Of a stretch of DNA of 64,000 bases, positions 8,655 through 19,176 are shown piece by piece. The notes below the pieces were generated by a model. That model was not told where the DNA came from, did no database searches, and worked only from the letters and a program-made list of their open reading frames with translations. The number at the start of each line of letters is the position of its first letter. Within the stretch, counting starts at the first letter, position 1. The stretch comes from Kiritimatiellia bacterium. Lineage in GTDB: Bacteria > Verrucomicrobiota > Kiritimatiellia > RFP12 > UBA1067. The DNA lies in assembly GCA_050949565.1 (NCBI GenBank), contig JBMNFY010000017.1:288001-352000 (forward strand), read 5' to 3'. The translations under genes and the position numbers were made by a program.

Positions 8655-10781
8655 ATGCGGATTGCGATTCAACGTATAGGGCGATTGCTGGCTTTGGCAC
8701 TCGCGGCAGGATGGTTTTGCTCAGGGCTTGCCGACCCGTCACTGCTCGACTGGCGTTACTTCACCTATGAGGCGGTCACGCCGCAACTGGCGAATCCACT
8801 GCGCGATGCCAAGCTCAGTGTTTCGGGACAATGGAGTGACCGCGGCCCCCACTTTGTGGTCGATGGCAAAATCGACGCGAACGGCCACTGGGCCTGTGAA
8901 CAGCTCCCCGCCGTCCTGACGATCGAGATGCAGAAGCCCACATCGCTGCAAGCCGCGCGCATCTGGTTCTACTACGGCGAGCCGCGCGTCTACGCCTTCT
9001 TCATCGAGACCTCACCGGACGGCACCAACTGGACGCGCGTGGCCGACTGGACGAAGAACGACAAACCGGCAACCGCAGAAGGCTTCATTGTCCCGTTCAA
9101 ACAGCCGGTCGAGGCGCGTCACCTGCGCGTGACCATCACCGACAGCAGCGTGCGCGGTGCCGGCGGCCACATCGTTGAATTCCAAGTCTTCTCCGCTTCT
9201 GTCTCGCCCGGCCTACGTGGCCGTTGCGCAACGCTGGAGCGCATCACCACAGAAAACGCGCAAGGCGATGAGTCGAATACATGCTGGCGCGCCACTGCTT
9301 GGCGCAATGAACGCGTGCATGGCCAGTTCGTGGTCTGGTCCTCCGACCCGATCCCGCAACTGCGCCTGAGCGCCACCGCGTTACGGAACGAGCGCGGCGC
9401 CGAAATCCCCGCGTCGGCCGTCGTACCGCGCTTCGTCCGCTATGTGCTGGCCGACAAAAAACCGATGGGCGACATCCTCGACACCGCCGAGCGGGTCGAT
9501 CTGCCTCCGGGGGGCTTCCGTCCCGTCTGGCTGACCGTCTCCGTGCCCGCCCGCGCCAAACCGGGTCTCTATCGCGGCACCCTCACCGTCACCGGCGCAG
9601 GCGGTCGCCACCTCCCATTCCCGCTCGAATTGAAGGTGCTCGATGCCCGTCTGCCCGACCCGGCGGAGTGGGCCTTTTATCTCGACCTCTGGCAACATCC
9701 GTGGGCCGTTGCGCGCTATCACGGCGTCGAGCCCTTCTCGCCTGAACACTACCGTTTTCTCGAACCGATCTACCGCGAGCTAGGCAACGCCGGTCAGAAG
9801 ACGCTGACCGTCACCATCACCGACCTGCCGTGGAACCACCAGAACTTCGATGCCTACCACACCATGATTCCGCGCCTGAAAAACAAAGACGGAAGCTGGT
9901 CATTCGACTACACGCTGTTCGATGAGTACGTCGCCTTCGGACGGCGCTGCGGCGTCGGGCCGCACATCCACTGTTACACCATGGCGACTTGGGGCAACCG
10001 CGTCTCTTACACCGACGGCGAGACCGGCGACATCGTGCGCCCCGTCGTCCGGCCCGGCACGCCCGAACACGAGGCATACTGGGGGCCGTTCCTGCAAGAC
10101 TTCGAGCGCCACCTCAAACGCAAGGGCTGGGTGGACGACACCTACATCGCGATGGATGAGCGCGGACCGGAAGACACCCGCGCTACGGCGGACTGCGTCA
10201 AGAAATTCGCGCCGCGTATCAAGATCGCCATGCCCGGCAACCAGCCTCCAAGTAAATTCAAAGGCATCGATCTCGCCAACTACTGCCAGTTCATCGGGCA
10301 CATTGACGAACCGTTCCTGAAAGAAGTCGTAGAGCGCCGCGCCCAAGGTAAAACCACCACCTTCTACGTCTGCTGCGGTCCGCGCCGCCCCAACACCTTC
10401 ACCTTCAGCCCCACAGCCGAACCGGTCTGGCTCGGACTGTACGCAGCCGCCAACAACCTCGACGGCTTTCTGCGCTGGTCCTTTGTCAACTGGCCGCGCG
10501 ATCCCCTCTTCGACTCCAGCTTCGGCCCCTGGCCCGCCGGCGACACCTTCCTGATCTATCCCGGCCCGCGCTCGTCGATACGCTGGGAGATGCTGCGCGA
10601 CGGCATCGAAGAGGCCGAAAAGATCCGCGTACTGCGTGCGAAGGGCGACCTCGCTCCGAACCTGCGTGACGCGCTGACCGAGTTCGACTTCAAACGCGCC
10701 AGCAAAATGGACGACGCAGCCCTGTCCGCCTTGGTGCAGCGCACGCGGCTTGCCATTGAAGCGGCTGCCGCCGCCGAATAG
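8655..10781 (+). CDS. secreted GH123/DUF4091-like glycoside hydrolase with an N-terminal F5/8C (CBM32-like) domain
   Basis: Signal peptide, discoidin-like segment, LDLWQHPWAVARY, DER, GFLRW, AGDTFLIYPG..SSIRWE.LRDG; GGAGG RBS. Confidence 0.75.
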   Translation: MRIAIQRIGRLLALALAAGWFCSGLADPSLLDWRYFTYEAVTPQLANPLRDAKLSVSGQWSDRGPHFVVDGKIDANGHWACEQLPAVLTIEMQKPTSLQAARIWFYYGEPRVYAFFIETSPDGTNWTRVADWTKNDKPATAEGFIVPFKQPVEARHLRVTITDSSVRGAGGHIVEFQVFSASVSPGLRGRCATLERITTENAQGDESNTCWRATAWRNERVHGQFVVWSSDPIPQLRLSATALRNERGAEIPASAVVPRFVRYVLADKKPMGDILDTAERVDLPPGGFRPVWLTVSVPARAKPGLYRGTLTVTGAGGRHLPFPLELKVLDARLPDPAEWAFYLDLWQHPWAVARYHGVEPFSPEHYRFLEPIYRELGNAGQKTLTVTITDLPWNHQNFDAYHTMIPRLKNKDGSWSFDYTLFDEYVAFGRRCGVGPHIHCYTMATWGNRVSYTDGETGDIVRPVVRPGTPEHEAYWGPFLQDFERHLKRKGWVDDTYIAMDERGPEDTRATADCVKKFAPRIKIAMPGNQPPSKFKGIDLANYCQFIGHIDEPFLKEVVERRAQGKTTTFYVCCGPRRPNTFTFSPTAEPVWLGLYAAANNLDGFLRWSFVNWPRDPLFDSSFGPWPAGDTFLIYPGPRSSIRWEMLRDGIEEAEKIRVLRAKGDLAPNLRDALTEFDFKRASKMDDAALSALVQRTRLAIEAAAAAE

Positions 10782-10822
10782 TCGCGCTATGCTCCTCCCC
10801 GACGGTTAGACGTCTATCCAAT

Positions 10823-10850
10823 CCGGCGGCGGCGTTCACGTCGCCGCCGG
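10823..10850. terminator. GC hairpin between convergent genes
   Basis: CCGGCGGCGGCG-TTCA-CGTCGCCGCCGG. Confidence 0.6.
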
Positions 10851-10872
10851 TCGTGTATTCACGGCCCGCGCC

Positions 10873-12027
10873 CTAACGCCGTCGCGGATAGGTCTGGCGG
10901 TCGATCACGCTGCCGTCGAGGCGCTTCAACTCCACAGTCAGGCGACCGGCTGCCCGGTCGAAGGTGAGCAACAGGTAACTGGAGACACGCTCGCAAACCA
11001 CGGCCTTGGCATCGCGGTAGACATCGCCGGGGCCGGCCATGCACGTGTTGTAGTAAGGGAAGCCATCGCTCTCCACGGCACGTTCAGCGAAGTATCCGAA
11101 ACCGGTGATGCACAAGGTGCCGCGGCTGATCATCGTGTGCCATGCGCCTTGCTCCAGTGCGCGGCAACTGCTCTTCTCGTTCATCAACGTCACGAGAAAA
11201 CCGGTAGAGGCCGCGCGGGTTTGCGCATCAAACCAGTCGAACTGCTCCGAGCCGCGGTGGTAGTCGTGACACGACTGGAAGGTGGTGCCAAAGTCGCTGA
11301 CATGATGCAGGTCGAGCGCGAGAAAGGTGGCGTCGGCTTGCGGGATCGTGAAAGCCCAGCGCCAGCCTGGATCAGGCAGTGCAAAGACCGTGCGAAAAGC
11401 CGTCGCCGCAATATCGTAGACCTCGGTGCTGGTGCCCGGGCGTTTATTCTCGCGCGGACCGACCTGCTTATCGTGGTTACCCGTGATCGGCATAAAGGGC
11501 GTTGTCGCGAAAAGCTCGGCCTCGGAACGGATCAAGTTCAAATAAGGCTGGATGTAGCGCGTATCGCCCGGTTGCGATGGGTTGATGACCTGCGCCACGT
11601 TATCGCCCGCCGTCATCAGCAGATGCGGTTTGTCTGCCTTGAGCGCGGTCAAATTCGGCCGACGGGCGTAAGCCCAGTCGCCGACGACCGCCACGCGCAC
11701 GCCATCCTCCGGACAGGTCTGAAACGCAAACGTCTCCGAACGTTGCCCGTCGGTTGCCACGCGGTAATGAATGGCAGTGCCACGTTGCGGTGTCGGGATT
11801 TCAACGTGATGTATGGTTTGCTCACCGGCTACGCGCACCTCGTGCGGACAGGAGGAATCCGTGCCGTAGCACACCTGCGAAGGGCCAGGGCGCGCACTCT
11901 TCCAACTCACGACTGTTTTATCAGGCGTCGGCGAACGGTGAGTCAGCCAGACCGCCTCAATTTGAGCCTGTGCGGCCAACGCCGCGCTCAGCACAATCAC
12001 ACACACTAGGGTTCTGCTCCGCATCAT
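10873..12027 (-). CDS. secreted purple-acid-phosphatase-like metallophosphoesterase (FN3 + calcineurin-like)
   Basis: Signal peptide, HHVEI...HYRV FN3-like segment, VGDW, AGDN, GNHD. Confidence 0.75.
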   Translation of the reverse strand: MMRSRTLVCVIVLSAALAAQAQIEAVWLTHRSPTPDKTVVSWKSARPGPSQVCYGTDSSCPHEVRVAGEQTIHHVEIPTPQRGTAIHYRVATDGQRSETFAFQTCPEDGVRVAVVGDWAYARRPNLTALKADKPHLLMTAGDNVAQVINPSQPGDTRYIQPYLNLIRSEAELFATTPFMPITGNHDKQVGPRENKRPGTSTEVYDIAATAFRTVFALPDPGWRWAFTIPQADATFLALDLHHVSDFGTTFQSCHDYHRGSEQFDWFDAQTRAASTGFLVTLMNEKSSCRALEQGAWHTMISRGTLCITGFGYFAERAVESDGFPYYNTCMAGPGDVYRDAKAVVCERVSSYLLLTFDRAAGRLTVELKRLDGSVIDRQTYPRRR

Positions 12028-12042
12028 ACGATCCTCCTAATT

Positions 12043-12822
12043 TTAAGCCTCTGCCACCCAACTCCTAAGAAACACCCCGACTAGTCTCCATGAGGGATAG
12101 GAAACATCGGCGATGCCCTTGATCTCGTTGTCTTTCGCATTCAAAGCGATAAATGCAACGCTCTCAGCACCCAGCGCCTCTGCTGCGGCATCGCGCATAC
12201 CGATGTCATCCTCTGTGTCACCGATCACCACTGCCCGGCCATACGCTCCGTCCATCAACAACTCGCGTACCTGAAAAGCCTTCTCCTCGCGAGTCATGGG
12301 TACCTCCACACGCCAACCCGCATCGCCACGTCGTACACGCGTGCCGATAACTCGCAGATGCACGTCACACGCCGCCGCTCGCTGCCGGACTTTCTCCAGA
12401 AGAAAATGGAAGGATTTGCTGACCACCACAAAATCGCAACCACTACGAACAGCACTCAGCGCACGCCAGGCCGACGGATAGCACAACCGCGACACCAGCG
12501 CTGCGGCCCGATCCAATGCGACGGGCGTACAATACGGCATTATCCTGTGTACGAAAAAGCGTATCAGTCGTTCGTCTGCACTAGAAAGACTAAGTCGCTT
12601 TTCCTCGTAGGCACGGGTCAGCCGCCGCTGTAGCTTCTGAAGCCGCACGGCTTCACGCATAAGCCGAAAGAAGCAGCGCGGTTGTGACAGACTGATCAGG
12701 CAGAGCGCGACCAGCAAGTCAGCATTCGCGATACCGCGACACAGCGCGGGGCACAACCCGCGGTAGAGTGTGCCGTCAAAATCCAGAATGACGAGGACTT
12801 TGTGCGCTGCGGGTCTTGTCAT
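12043..12822 (-). CDS. HAD-superfamily hydrolase
   Basis: LDFDGTL motif I and IGDTEDD motif IV. Confidence 0.75.
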   Translation of the reverse strand: MTRPAAHKVLVILDFDGTLYRGLCPALCRGIANADLLVALCLISLSQPRCFFRLMREAVRLQKLQRRLTRAYEEKRLSLSSADERLIRFFVHRIMPYCTPVALDRAAALVSRLCYPSAWRALSAVRSGCDFVVVSKSFHFLLEKVRQRAAACDVHLRVIGTRVRRGDAGWRVEVPMTREEKAFQVRELLMDGAYGRAVVIGDTEDDIGMRDAAAEALGAESVAFIALNAKDNEIKGIADVSYPSWRLVGVFLRSWVAEA

Positions 12823-13715
12823 TGGGTCTGCCCCCTATCCAGTCGCACAAGCTTGTAAAAGACCTCTCCGTCCTTGATCTTTATGACGCGGAAAGCATGT
12901 GGATGTTCAGCCAAACTGGGCGCACACAGTTGAGTGACGTTCCCCCGCGTCCGGCGGTGATCTGTATGGGAGTGTCCGCAGAGCACCACCCATCGCGCGC
13001 CGGAGGCATCCATCGCCTCGACGATCTTTTCCCTGTCCGGATCAAGAACAGAACACCCGTGATACCGTCTGGCCAAAGCATCCATCAGACGCGGCGCCCA
13101 CAGCATCCTGTGCAGACAGAAAAAATGCACTTCGTCCCGGTCGGAAACGGTGCGTATGGCTTGGAGAATATCAGCAAAAACAACCTCGTCTTTCGCGAAC
13201 GGCAGAAAGAAAAAGCGCGTGTTATTGACAAGCGTACAGCCGTGCGTCGCACCGCACACATCGTTCCAGACCGTGCTGTTCTCCTTCCGTCTCGAAATGT
13301 CATGGTCGCCCTGAGTAACGACAACCGGACACTGAAGACGGCTCAAAATTGAAACACCGCGTTTCAGTGCCTCGATGTCGTCGCCACGATTCACGACATC
13401 ACCGGTGATCACAACAACATCCGGTTTGATCGTGTTCCGAATTTGCGAGACCGCCTGCTCCAGATACTCAAAGGCTCTTCCGGTGCAGGGCCGGTGCAAG
13501 CGGTAACCACCCACTGCGATCTTGTGCGTCCACGGTGTATGCATGACCTTGCCCAGTGTATCCAGATGCAGGTCGGTCAGATGGACGATCGTCAGTCCGT
13601 CCCCTTCGGGTAGATGTCCGTCCCGCCTGCCTGACTGCCAAAAGCACAGCCCTAGGAAAAGGGCAATAACTCCCCAGAACAACCACCGTGTTTTGTTGTC
13701 ACTTCGTTTTGACAT
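12819..13715 (-). CDS. membrane-anchored metallophosphoesterase (calcineurin-like)
   Basis: N-terminal TM segment, TDLH, TGDVV, GDHD, LH, CGHSH. Confidence 0.8.
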   Translation of the reverse strand: MSKRSDNKTRWLFWGVIALFLGLCFWQSGRRDGHLPEGDGLTIVHLTDLHLDTLGKVMHTPWTHKIAVGGYRLHRPCTGRAFEYLEQAVSQIRNTIKPDVVVITGDVVNRGDDIEALKRGVSILSRLQCPVVVTQGDHDISRRKENSTVWNDVCGATHGCTLVNNTRFFFLPFAKDEVVFADILQAIRTVSDRDEVHFFCLHRMLWAPRLMDALARRYHGCSVLDPDREKIVEAMDASGARWVVLCGHSHTDHRRTRGNVTQLCAPSLAEHPHAFRVIKIKDGEVFYKLVRLDRGQTQ

Positions 13716-14016
13716 CTTCGGGACACAACACTCCGTACGGCGAAGCAGACGTCGTCGCTTGGTCTTAATCCAACCACCTCATTACCGTCACTTTACCGAA
13801 AGCAACCGCCGAGGTGCAATCGATTAGTGCGGCGGAACAACAGCTTTCAAATGACGACGAACACGTCTTAAAGTTAAAGCAGGCGTTTGTTGCAGGACTG
13901 TTGTCAAAAGTTTTGGACTGATCTTTCTGGAATGACCAGATTTTGGGGGCGCGCTTCCTTCAGATTCTGTTACTTATTGACTCGCATCAACCCGAACAGC
14001 AAAATGGCGACCTGTC

Positions 14017-14433
14017 ATGAGAACCACATACTCCAACAAATGCTTGGAACGGCGCGCTGTACGATCCGGGTGGATCATATTAGGAACGGCGGGAGTGTTT
14101 TTTGTTTTGTGTCTGGCGACTGAACTTAAAAATTTGGTCGACTTCTCTCGCATCATGGAGCCGTTTTTCGAGGCCGGTGACCTGAAGTTTTACAAGTCGA
14201 CTTGGTTAGAGTATGGCGTGCGTAGAAGCTTGAGCGTCATTCCCCGGGCATTGGTTGGCAGTAGCGCCGTCTGGATGGGATGCGCGATTGTTCGCAAGAA
14301 GGTCCATACACGGATAGTAGGATGGGGTGTATGTGCGCTGTTCTTTTTCATCGGCGAGTTTCTTTTCGGTATCCTGATAAGCTCAGCGTATGGTTATTTC
14401 AACGTGCTGTTACGACCACGCGGTGGATCGTAA
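14017..14433 (+). CDS. hypothetical membrane protein (3 hydrophobic segments)
   Basis: 138-aa ORF, visibly more AT-rich than its neighbours, with three TM-like stretches. Confidence 0.55.
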   Translation: MRTTYSNKCLERRAVRSGWIILGTAGVFFVLCLATELKNLVDFSRIMEPFFEAGDLKFYKSTWLEYGVRRSLSVIPRALVGSSAVWMGCAIVRKKVHTRIVGWGVCALFFFIGEFLFGILISSAYGYFNVLLRPRGGS

Positions 14434-14547
14434 TGCCGAGAGTAAAAGCCAAATCCCGTGTTTGGGGTTGACGCCTCTCCCCTTAGCATCGCACAATGGC
14501 AAGCGCCGGAAGGATGGTCTCAGGTTCCCTCGCAGAGCACCGGGAGG

Positions 14548-14596
14548 GGAGGGACGAGCGTCGCTCGTCCGCGGGCAAGCAGACGCTTGCCCCTCC
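14548..14596. repeat. GGAG-type REP doublet, copy 1
   Basis: GGAGGGACGAGCGTCGCTCGTCC-GC-GGGCAAGCAGACGCTTGCCCCTCC; reverse complement of 45852-45901 apart from one loop base. Confidence 0.85.
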
Positions 14597-14743
14597 CTGC
14601 GCTTCACAAGCCCGAAGGCAAGAGCTGGAGGGCAGCATCTGGGTGGTGCGCAAAGATGGAAAACTTTGTGGCCTTCGTGGTCTTTGTGTGAGGTTGAATG
14701 GGGTTGCGGGCTCCGCCCGCGCTAGCCTTGGAAGGAGAAGCAA

Positions 14744-17380
14744 ATGAAAAAACGACTGATGACTGTAGTTGCGGCGTGTGCCTGTGTGTGCGCCGCTCTG
14801 GCCGAGACTGTTTTTTGGAAAGATGCGTCGCCGGTGACCCTCGACGCGACCAAGACCTTCGAACTGCGCATCGACAAGGCTGCCAAGACGGGTGACGTGT
14901 CGCTCTTGATCGCGCTCAGTGCGCCGGTGGACGACACGTTCTGTCCGACGGTAACACTCAACGGCGTGCCCGCCATCGAAGAAACACATGCCCCGCTGGC
15001 GACTTGGCTGCCCGGCTTCGATGCCACCCCTATCCGCTCCCCGCGAGAGACCCGTGAAATCCAGGCCGGCTATCGGTACGCCTTCCCCCTGTCAGCACTG
15101 AAAGCGGGCGGCAACACCGTCGCGCTCGGTCCCGCTGTCGGATCGCCCAAACTGCACGCGCTCGCGCTTGATGTAGACCCGACCGGTGAGATCGTCGTAG
15201 AAAACGACGACTTCCGCCTCGTTGTGGGCAAAGATGCGTGCGTGAAATCCCTCATCGTGAAAAAGACGAACGAAGAGTGCGCAGACGCAGGCATGCAGTT
15301 GCCGCTTTTCACGGTTACGCAGGACAGGCCGTTCCATAACGAGTTCAAGCTGATCCACCCCAACAAACGCACAGTTTGCCCCGCGACGCGTTTGCGGCGG
15401 AATGGCGACTTCCTCTACGTCGGCTTCGGCCATAACCTGTACGAGGCGCAGGTGGCGCTCAAAACCGCGCCCGGCTACGTAGCATTCACGCTGATCGATT
15501 TCGCGGTCGACCGCAAGCCGACCTACGACTACCTGCGCATGGATATCCCCCCCGTCACATCGTTCCGCATCCAATTGCCGGTCAAGAACCGCGCAAACTT
15601 CGGCAACTGGCTCAATGCGAGTTGGGACGAGAAGGCGGTCGTGTGCGTGGCTGGCACCTCGCCCCACCCCGACGTTGACCACGAAGCGCGGGCCGGAGCG
15701 AAAATCCTCTACGCTGAGGCGATGGCCGGCATCAAATTGCGCGGTGCCAGCGCCGCACTTCTTGCGGCACCCGGACGCGAGGCGTTTCTCGACGCGATGG
15801 ACACGCTCGAACAGGACTTCGGTATGCCGCGCGGCGTGAAGAGCCGACGTTCGCCGGATGTGCAGGAAGCGATCTTCCACCTGAGCGGCCCCTCATTGCC
15901 GGGCGACATCGACGAGCTCATCGCCTACGCGCAGCAGGGCGGATTCAAGCTGATGACCATCGGTTACGGGAGCCTGTTCAAAACCGTGGGGAGCTGGGGA
16001 CTGTGCGGCAACTACGATTGGCGGGACTCCTTCCCGAACGGCGAGGCCGACCTGAAGGCGATGCTCGACAAAATCAAGGCGGCGGGGCTCAAAGCCGGCT
16101 TCCACACGTTGCACTCGCACATCGGTCTGCAAAGCCGCTACGTGACGCCGGTCGCCGATCCAAGGCTCAACAAAACGCGCCGCTTCACACTCGCCGCGCC
16201 GCTTTCCGCCGCGACGAATGACACGGAAATCACGGTTTACGAGCCCACAACTGACGTGGTGATGTACGCCCCCTGCCGCATCCTCCAGTTCGGCGGCGAA
16301 CTCGTCTCGTACGAATCCTACACAACGGAATCTCCGTACAAATTCCTCGGCGTGAAGCGCGGTGCGCATAAAACGCACGTCGTGGCGCATCCGCAGGGCG
16401 AGGTGGGCGGCATTCTCGACATCAGCGAATTCGGTGCGCCGATGAGTTGCTACGCCGATCAGAACACCGACTTGCAAGACGAGGTGGCGGCGAAGATTGC
16501 ACGCGCCTACAACTGCGGTTTCGAGTACGTTTACCTCGACGGCTCAGAGGGCGTAAACCGTCCCTTCAACTACCACGTCGCGAACGCACAGCTCAGATAC
16601 TGGAAGCTACTCGATCCCGAGCCCTCTTTCGGCGAAGGTGCAGCCAAAACGCATTTCGGCTGGCACATGCTCGCGGGCGCGAATGCGTTCGATGTCTTCC
16701 GGCCCGAAATCTTCAAGGCGAAGCTGCGCGAGTTCCCGTTCAAGCAAGCGCCGATCACGCAGCAGGACATGTCGCGCGTAGACTTCGGTTGGTGGTACTT
16801 TTTCAGCCCTTCCGGCGGCGCACGGCCCACGGTGGGCACCCAAATGGACATGTGGGAGTATGGCGCCTCCGTGGCGGCAGCGTGGGACTGTGCGATATCA
16901 ATTCTCATGCCGGCGTCGGAGTTGAAGCGCCACCCGCGTACGGATGACATCCTTGAGATGATGCGGCGTTGGGGCGACTGCCGCAGACGCGGCCTTTTCA
17001 AAGACGAGTGGCGTCCGCGGCTCAAAAACTACGCGCAGGAACACCACCTTATCGTAGATGCCAAGGGCAATTACGATCTTGTCGATTATTCTCAGATCGC
17101 TGTCGGCGACGGCCAAAACCCGGTGCGCGCCTTCGTTTTCTCAAAGGACAACGCCACGTGGGTCGTCTACTGGCACGGTTCGGGCGAAGGGCGGTTGCGC
17201 CTCCCGATCGCAGCAAGCGCAGCGGCCCTCCACGACGATTTCGCCGGCAAGGCTGTCGCGTTCGAGCAGGATGGCGCGTCGATCATTGTACCTGCGGCGA
17301 AACGCCTCTACCTCAAGACAACGCTCACGCGCGATGCGGTCGAGCGGGCCTTCGCGGCAGCGGCGCTGCTTGGCAAGTAG
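14744..17380 (+). CDS. large secreted putative glycoside hydrolase (TIM-barrel-like), family unassigned
   Basis: Signal peptide, FPNGEADLK...KIK.AGLK.GFH, YVYLDGSEG; AGGAG RBS. Confidence 0.6.
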   Translation: MKKRLMTVVAACACVCAALAETVFWKDASPVTLDATKTFELRIDKAAKTGDVSLLIALSAPVDDTFCPTVTLNGVPAIEETHAPLATWLPGFDATPIRSPRETREIQAGYRYAFPLSALKAGGNTVALGPAVGSPKLHALALDVDPTGEIVVENDDFRLVVGKDACVKSLIVKKTNEECADAGMQLPLFTVTQDRPFHNEFKLIHPNKRTVCPATRLRRNGDFLYVGFGHNLYEAQVALKTAPGYVAFTLIDFAVDRKPTYDYLRMDIPPVTSFRIQLPVKNRANFGNWLNASWDEKAVVCVAGTSPHPDVDHEARAGAKILYAEAMAGIKLRGASAALLAAPGREAFLDAMDTLEQDFGMPRGVKSRRSPDVQEAIFHLSGPSLPGDIDELIAYAQQGGFKLMTIGYGSLFKTVGSWGLCGNYDWRDSFPNGEADLKAMLDKIKAAGLKAGFHTLHSHIGLQSRYVTPVADPRLNKTRRFTLAAPLSAATNDTEITVYEPTTDVVMYAPCRILQFGGELVSYESYTTESPYKFLGVKRGAHKTHVVAHPQGEVGGILDISEFGAPMSCYADQNTDLQDEVAAKIARAYNCGFEYVYLDGSEGVNRPFNYHVANAQLRYWKLLDPEPSFGEGAAKTHFGWHMLAGANAFDVFRPEIFKAKLREFPFKQAPITQQDMSRVDFGWWYFFSPSGGARPTVGTQMDMWEYGASVAAAWDCAISILMPASELKRHPRTDDILEMMRRWGDCRRRGLFKDEWRPRLKNYAQEHHLIVDAKGNYDLVDYSQIAVGDGQNPVRAFVFSKDNATWVVYWHGSGEGRLRLPIAASAAALHDDFAGKAVAFEQDGASIIVPAAKRLYLKTTLTRDAVERAFAAAALLGK

Positions 17381-17417
17381 GATTTAGGATTTACAATCGG
17401 GAAAGGAACGTCGACGT

Positions 17418-19151
17418 ATGGTAGGTGCATGGTTGTTGGCTGCGGCAATTTCGCTGAATGGCAGTTGGGAATTCCGTTTCGAGGAGGGCAAGCCTTGCGC
17501 GGAAGCGGATCCCGCGTTCGAGGCGACGGATGTCATACAGGTTCCCGGATGTTTTGACGCGATGCCAAAATGGTTCATGAAAAGAGGCACCGGCCTTTAT
17601 CGTCGGCGTTTCACATTGGAACGTCCGACGCAAAACGCGTGGCTGACAATCGACGGGATGGGACTTTACGGCAGGTTTTGGGTCGATGGCCGCGAGATCG
17701 GCACGAATGATTTGCCGTGGAGCCGCGTGAAGTTGCCCATGGGTGCCTTGTCGGCAGGAGAGCATACGGTCGTCGCGGCGATTGACAACCGCTTCGACTG
17801 GAACTATCAGAAGCTGGTGCGGACGTATTACGATTTCCATTGCTGGGGCGGATTCTTCCATGGCGTGTCAGTCGAACTCGACAACCGGACGTTGCACGTA
17901 CGAACACGCGACTATCGAACGGGAGAAATCGAGCTTGAGGCAGTGGGCTTCGCCTCCGATGCCTTCGAGGCAGAACTCCTCTTCGACGGCCAACACACAA
18001 TGTCGGCGGAGTTTCGCGAGGCCAAAACGGTTGTCCGCGTTCCGAACTTCAAACTCTGGTCGCCGGATCATCCCAATCTCCATACGGTTGCGATCAGGTC
18101 CACACACGACCAGACGGCGCCGACGTGCGCCGTGCGGTTCGGCATCCGGACGATCGAAGCGCGCAACCGAGGTATTTACCTGAATGGTGAACGTATCTTC
18201 CTCAAGGGCGTAAACCGTCATGAGCAGCAACTGCAACTGGGCGCATCGACACCCGAGGGATTCATGTTGGCGGACATCCAGAACCTAAAGGCGATGGGCG
18301 GGAACTTCATCCGCGGCGCACACTATCCGCAGTCGCAACGGTTTCTTGAGTTGTGCGACGAATGTGGTGTGATGGTCTGGGAAGAATCGCTCGGATGGGG
18401 CAATGGTCAACGGTACACCATGCAAAACGGGATCAATGAACTGGAGGACGCGAAATTCATTGAGCTTCAGCTTCGTCAGACGAAGCTCATGGTCAGGAAC
18501 AGCTTTAATCACCCTTCGGTGATCATCTTTGCATTCCTGAATGAACAGAACTCGGCGCTGCCGTCGGCCAAGGCGTTGACCGACAGGTTGATCGCGACGA
18601 TCCGCGAAGAGGATTCAGGCCGACTCATCACCTTCGCCTGCAACATCACCGAGAAGGACATCTGTCACGAGAACACCGATATTATCGCGTTCAATACCTA
18701 TCCGGGAACGATCAACGGCTACCCAGGGGAGGCGGCCGAGCTTCGTGAGAAAATATTCAACATGAAGGGCTACGGCATCAACTGGGTCACAGCGCACTTC
18801 CGCCAAAAGTATCCCGACAAGACGATTATGATCTCGGAGATCGGTGTTGCCGGCGATTACGGCTCGTTTGATCCTTCAGCCCCGATCCGCAGCGAGGACT
18901 TTCAGGTCGAACACAACCGACTGGTCGCAGAGGCCGTGTATGGGAACGCCGATATCGCCGGACTTTGTTACTGGCAGTTCTTCGATACGCGCACCAGTGG
19001 GCGTGACTGCCTTGGCAGCGGAAAAAAACCGAATGCCATGAGCCGTGCCGGACTCTTCAACTGGTACCGTCAGCCCAAGCGTACGGTCGGCATGATTTCC
19101 GAGTGGTTCAGGAATGCCGTCCCTGAAAATCTGAAAACGCCATCGAAATAA
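17418..19151 (+). CDS. glycoside hydrolase family 2 (beta-glucuronidase/galactosidase-like)
   Basis: SLNGSWEF, LWSPDHPNLH, FGIR.IE, LKGVNRHE, NFIRGAHYP, NHPSVI..NE, ISEIG. Confidence 0.9.
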   Translation: MVGAWLLAAAISLNGSWEFRFEEGKPCAEADPAFEATDVIQVPGCFDAMPKWFMKRGTGLYRRRFTLERPTQNAWLTIDGMGLYGRFWVDGREIGTNDLPWSRVKLPMGALSAGEHTVVAAIDNRFDWNYQKLVRTYYDFHCWGGFFHGVSVELDNRTLHVRTRDYRTGEIELEAVGFASDAFEAELLFDGQHTMSAEFREAKTVVRVPNFKLWSPDHPNLHTVAIRSTHDQTAPTCAVRFGIRTIEARNRGIYLNGERIFLKGVNRHEQQLQLGASTPEGFMLADIQNLKAMGGNFIRGAHYPQSQRFLELCDECGVMVWEESLGWGNGQRYTMQNGINELEDAKFIELQLRQTKLMVRNSFNHPSVIIFAFLNEQNSALPSAKALTDRLIATIREEDSGRLITFACNITEKDICHENTDIIAFNTYPGTINGYPGEAAELREKIFNMKGYGINWVTAHFRQKYPDKTIMISEIGVAGDYGSFDPSAPIRSEDFQVEHNRLVAEAVYGNADIAGLCYWQFFDTRTSGRDCLGSGKKPNAMSRAGLFNWYRQPKRTVGMISEWFRNAVPENLKTPSK

Positions 19152-19176
19152 GATAGCGAACGTCACACGCTGAGGA

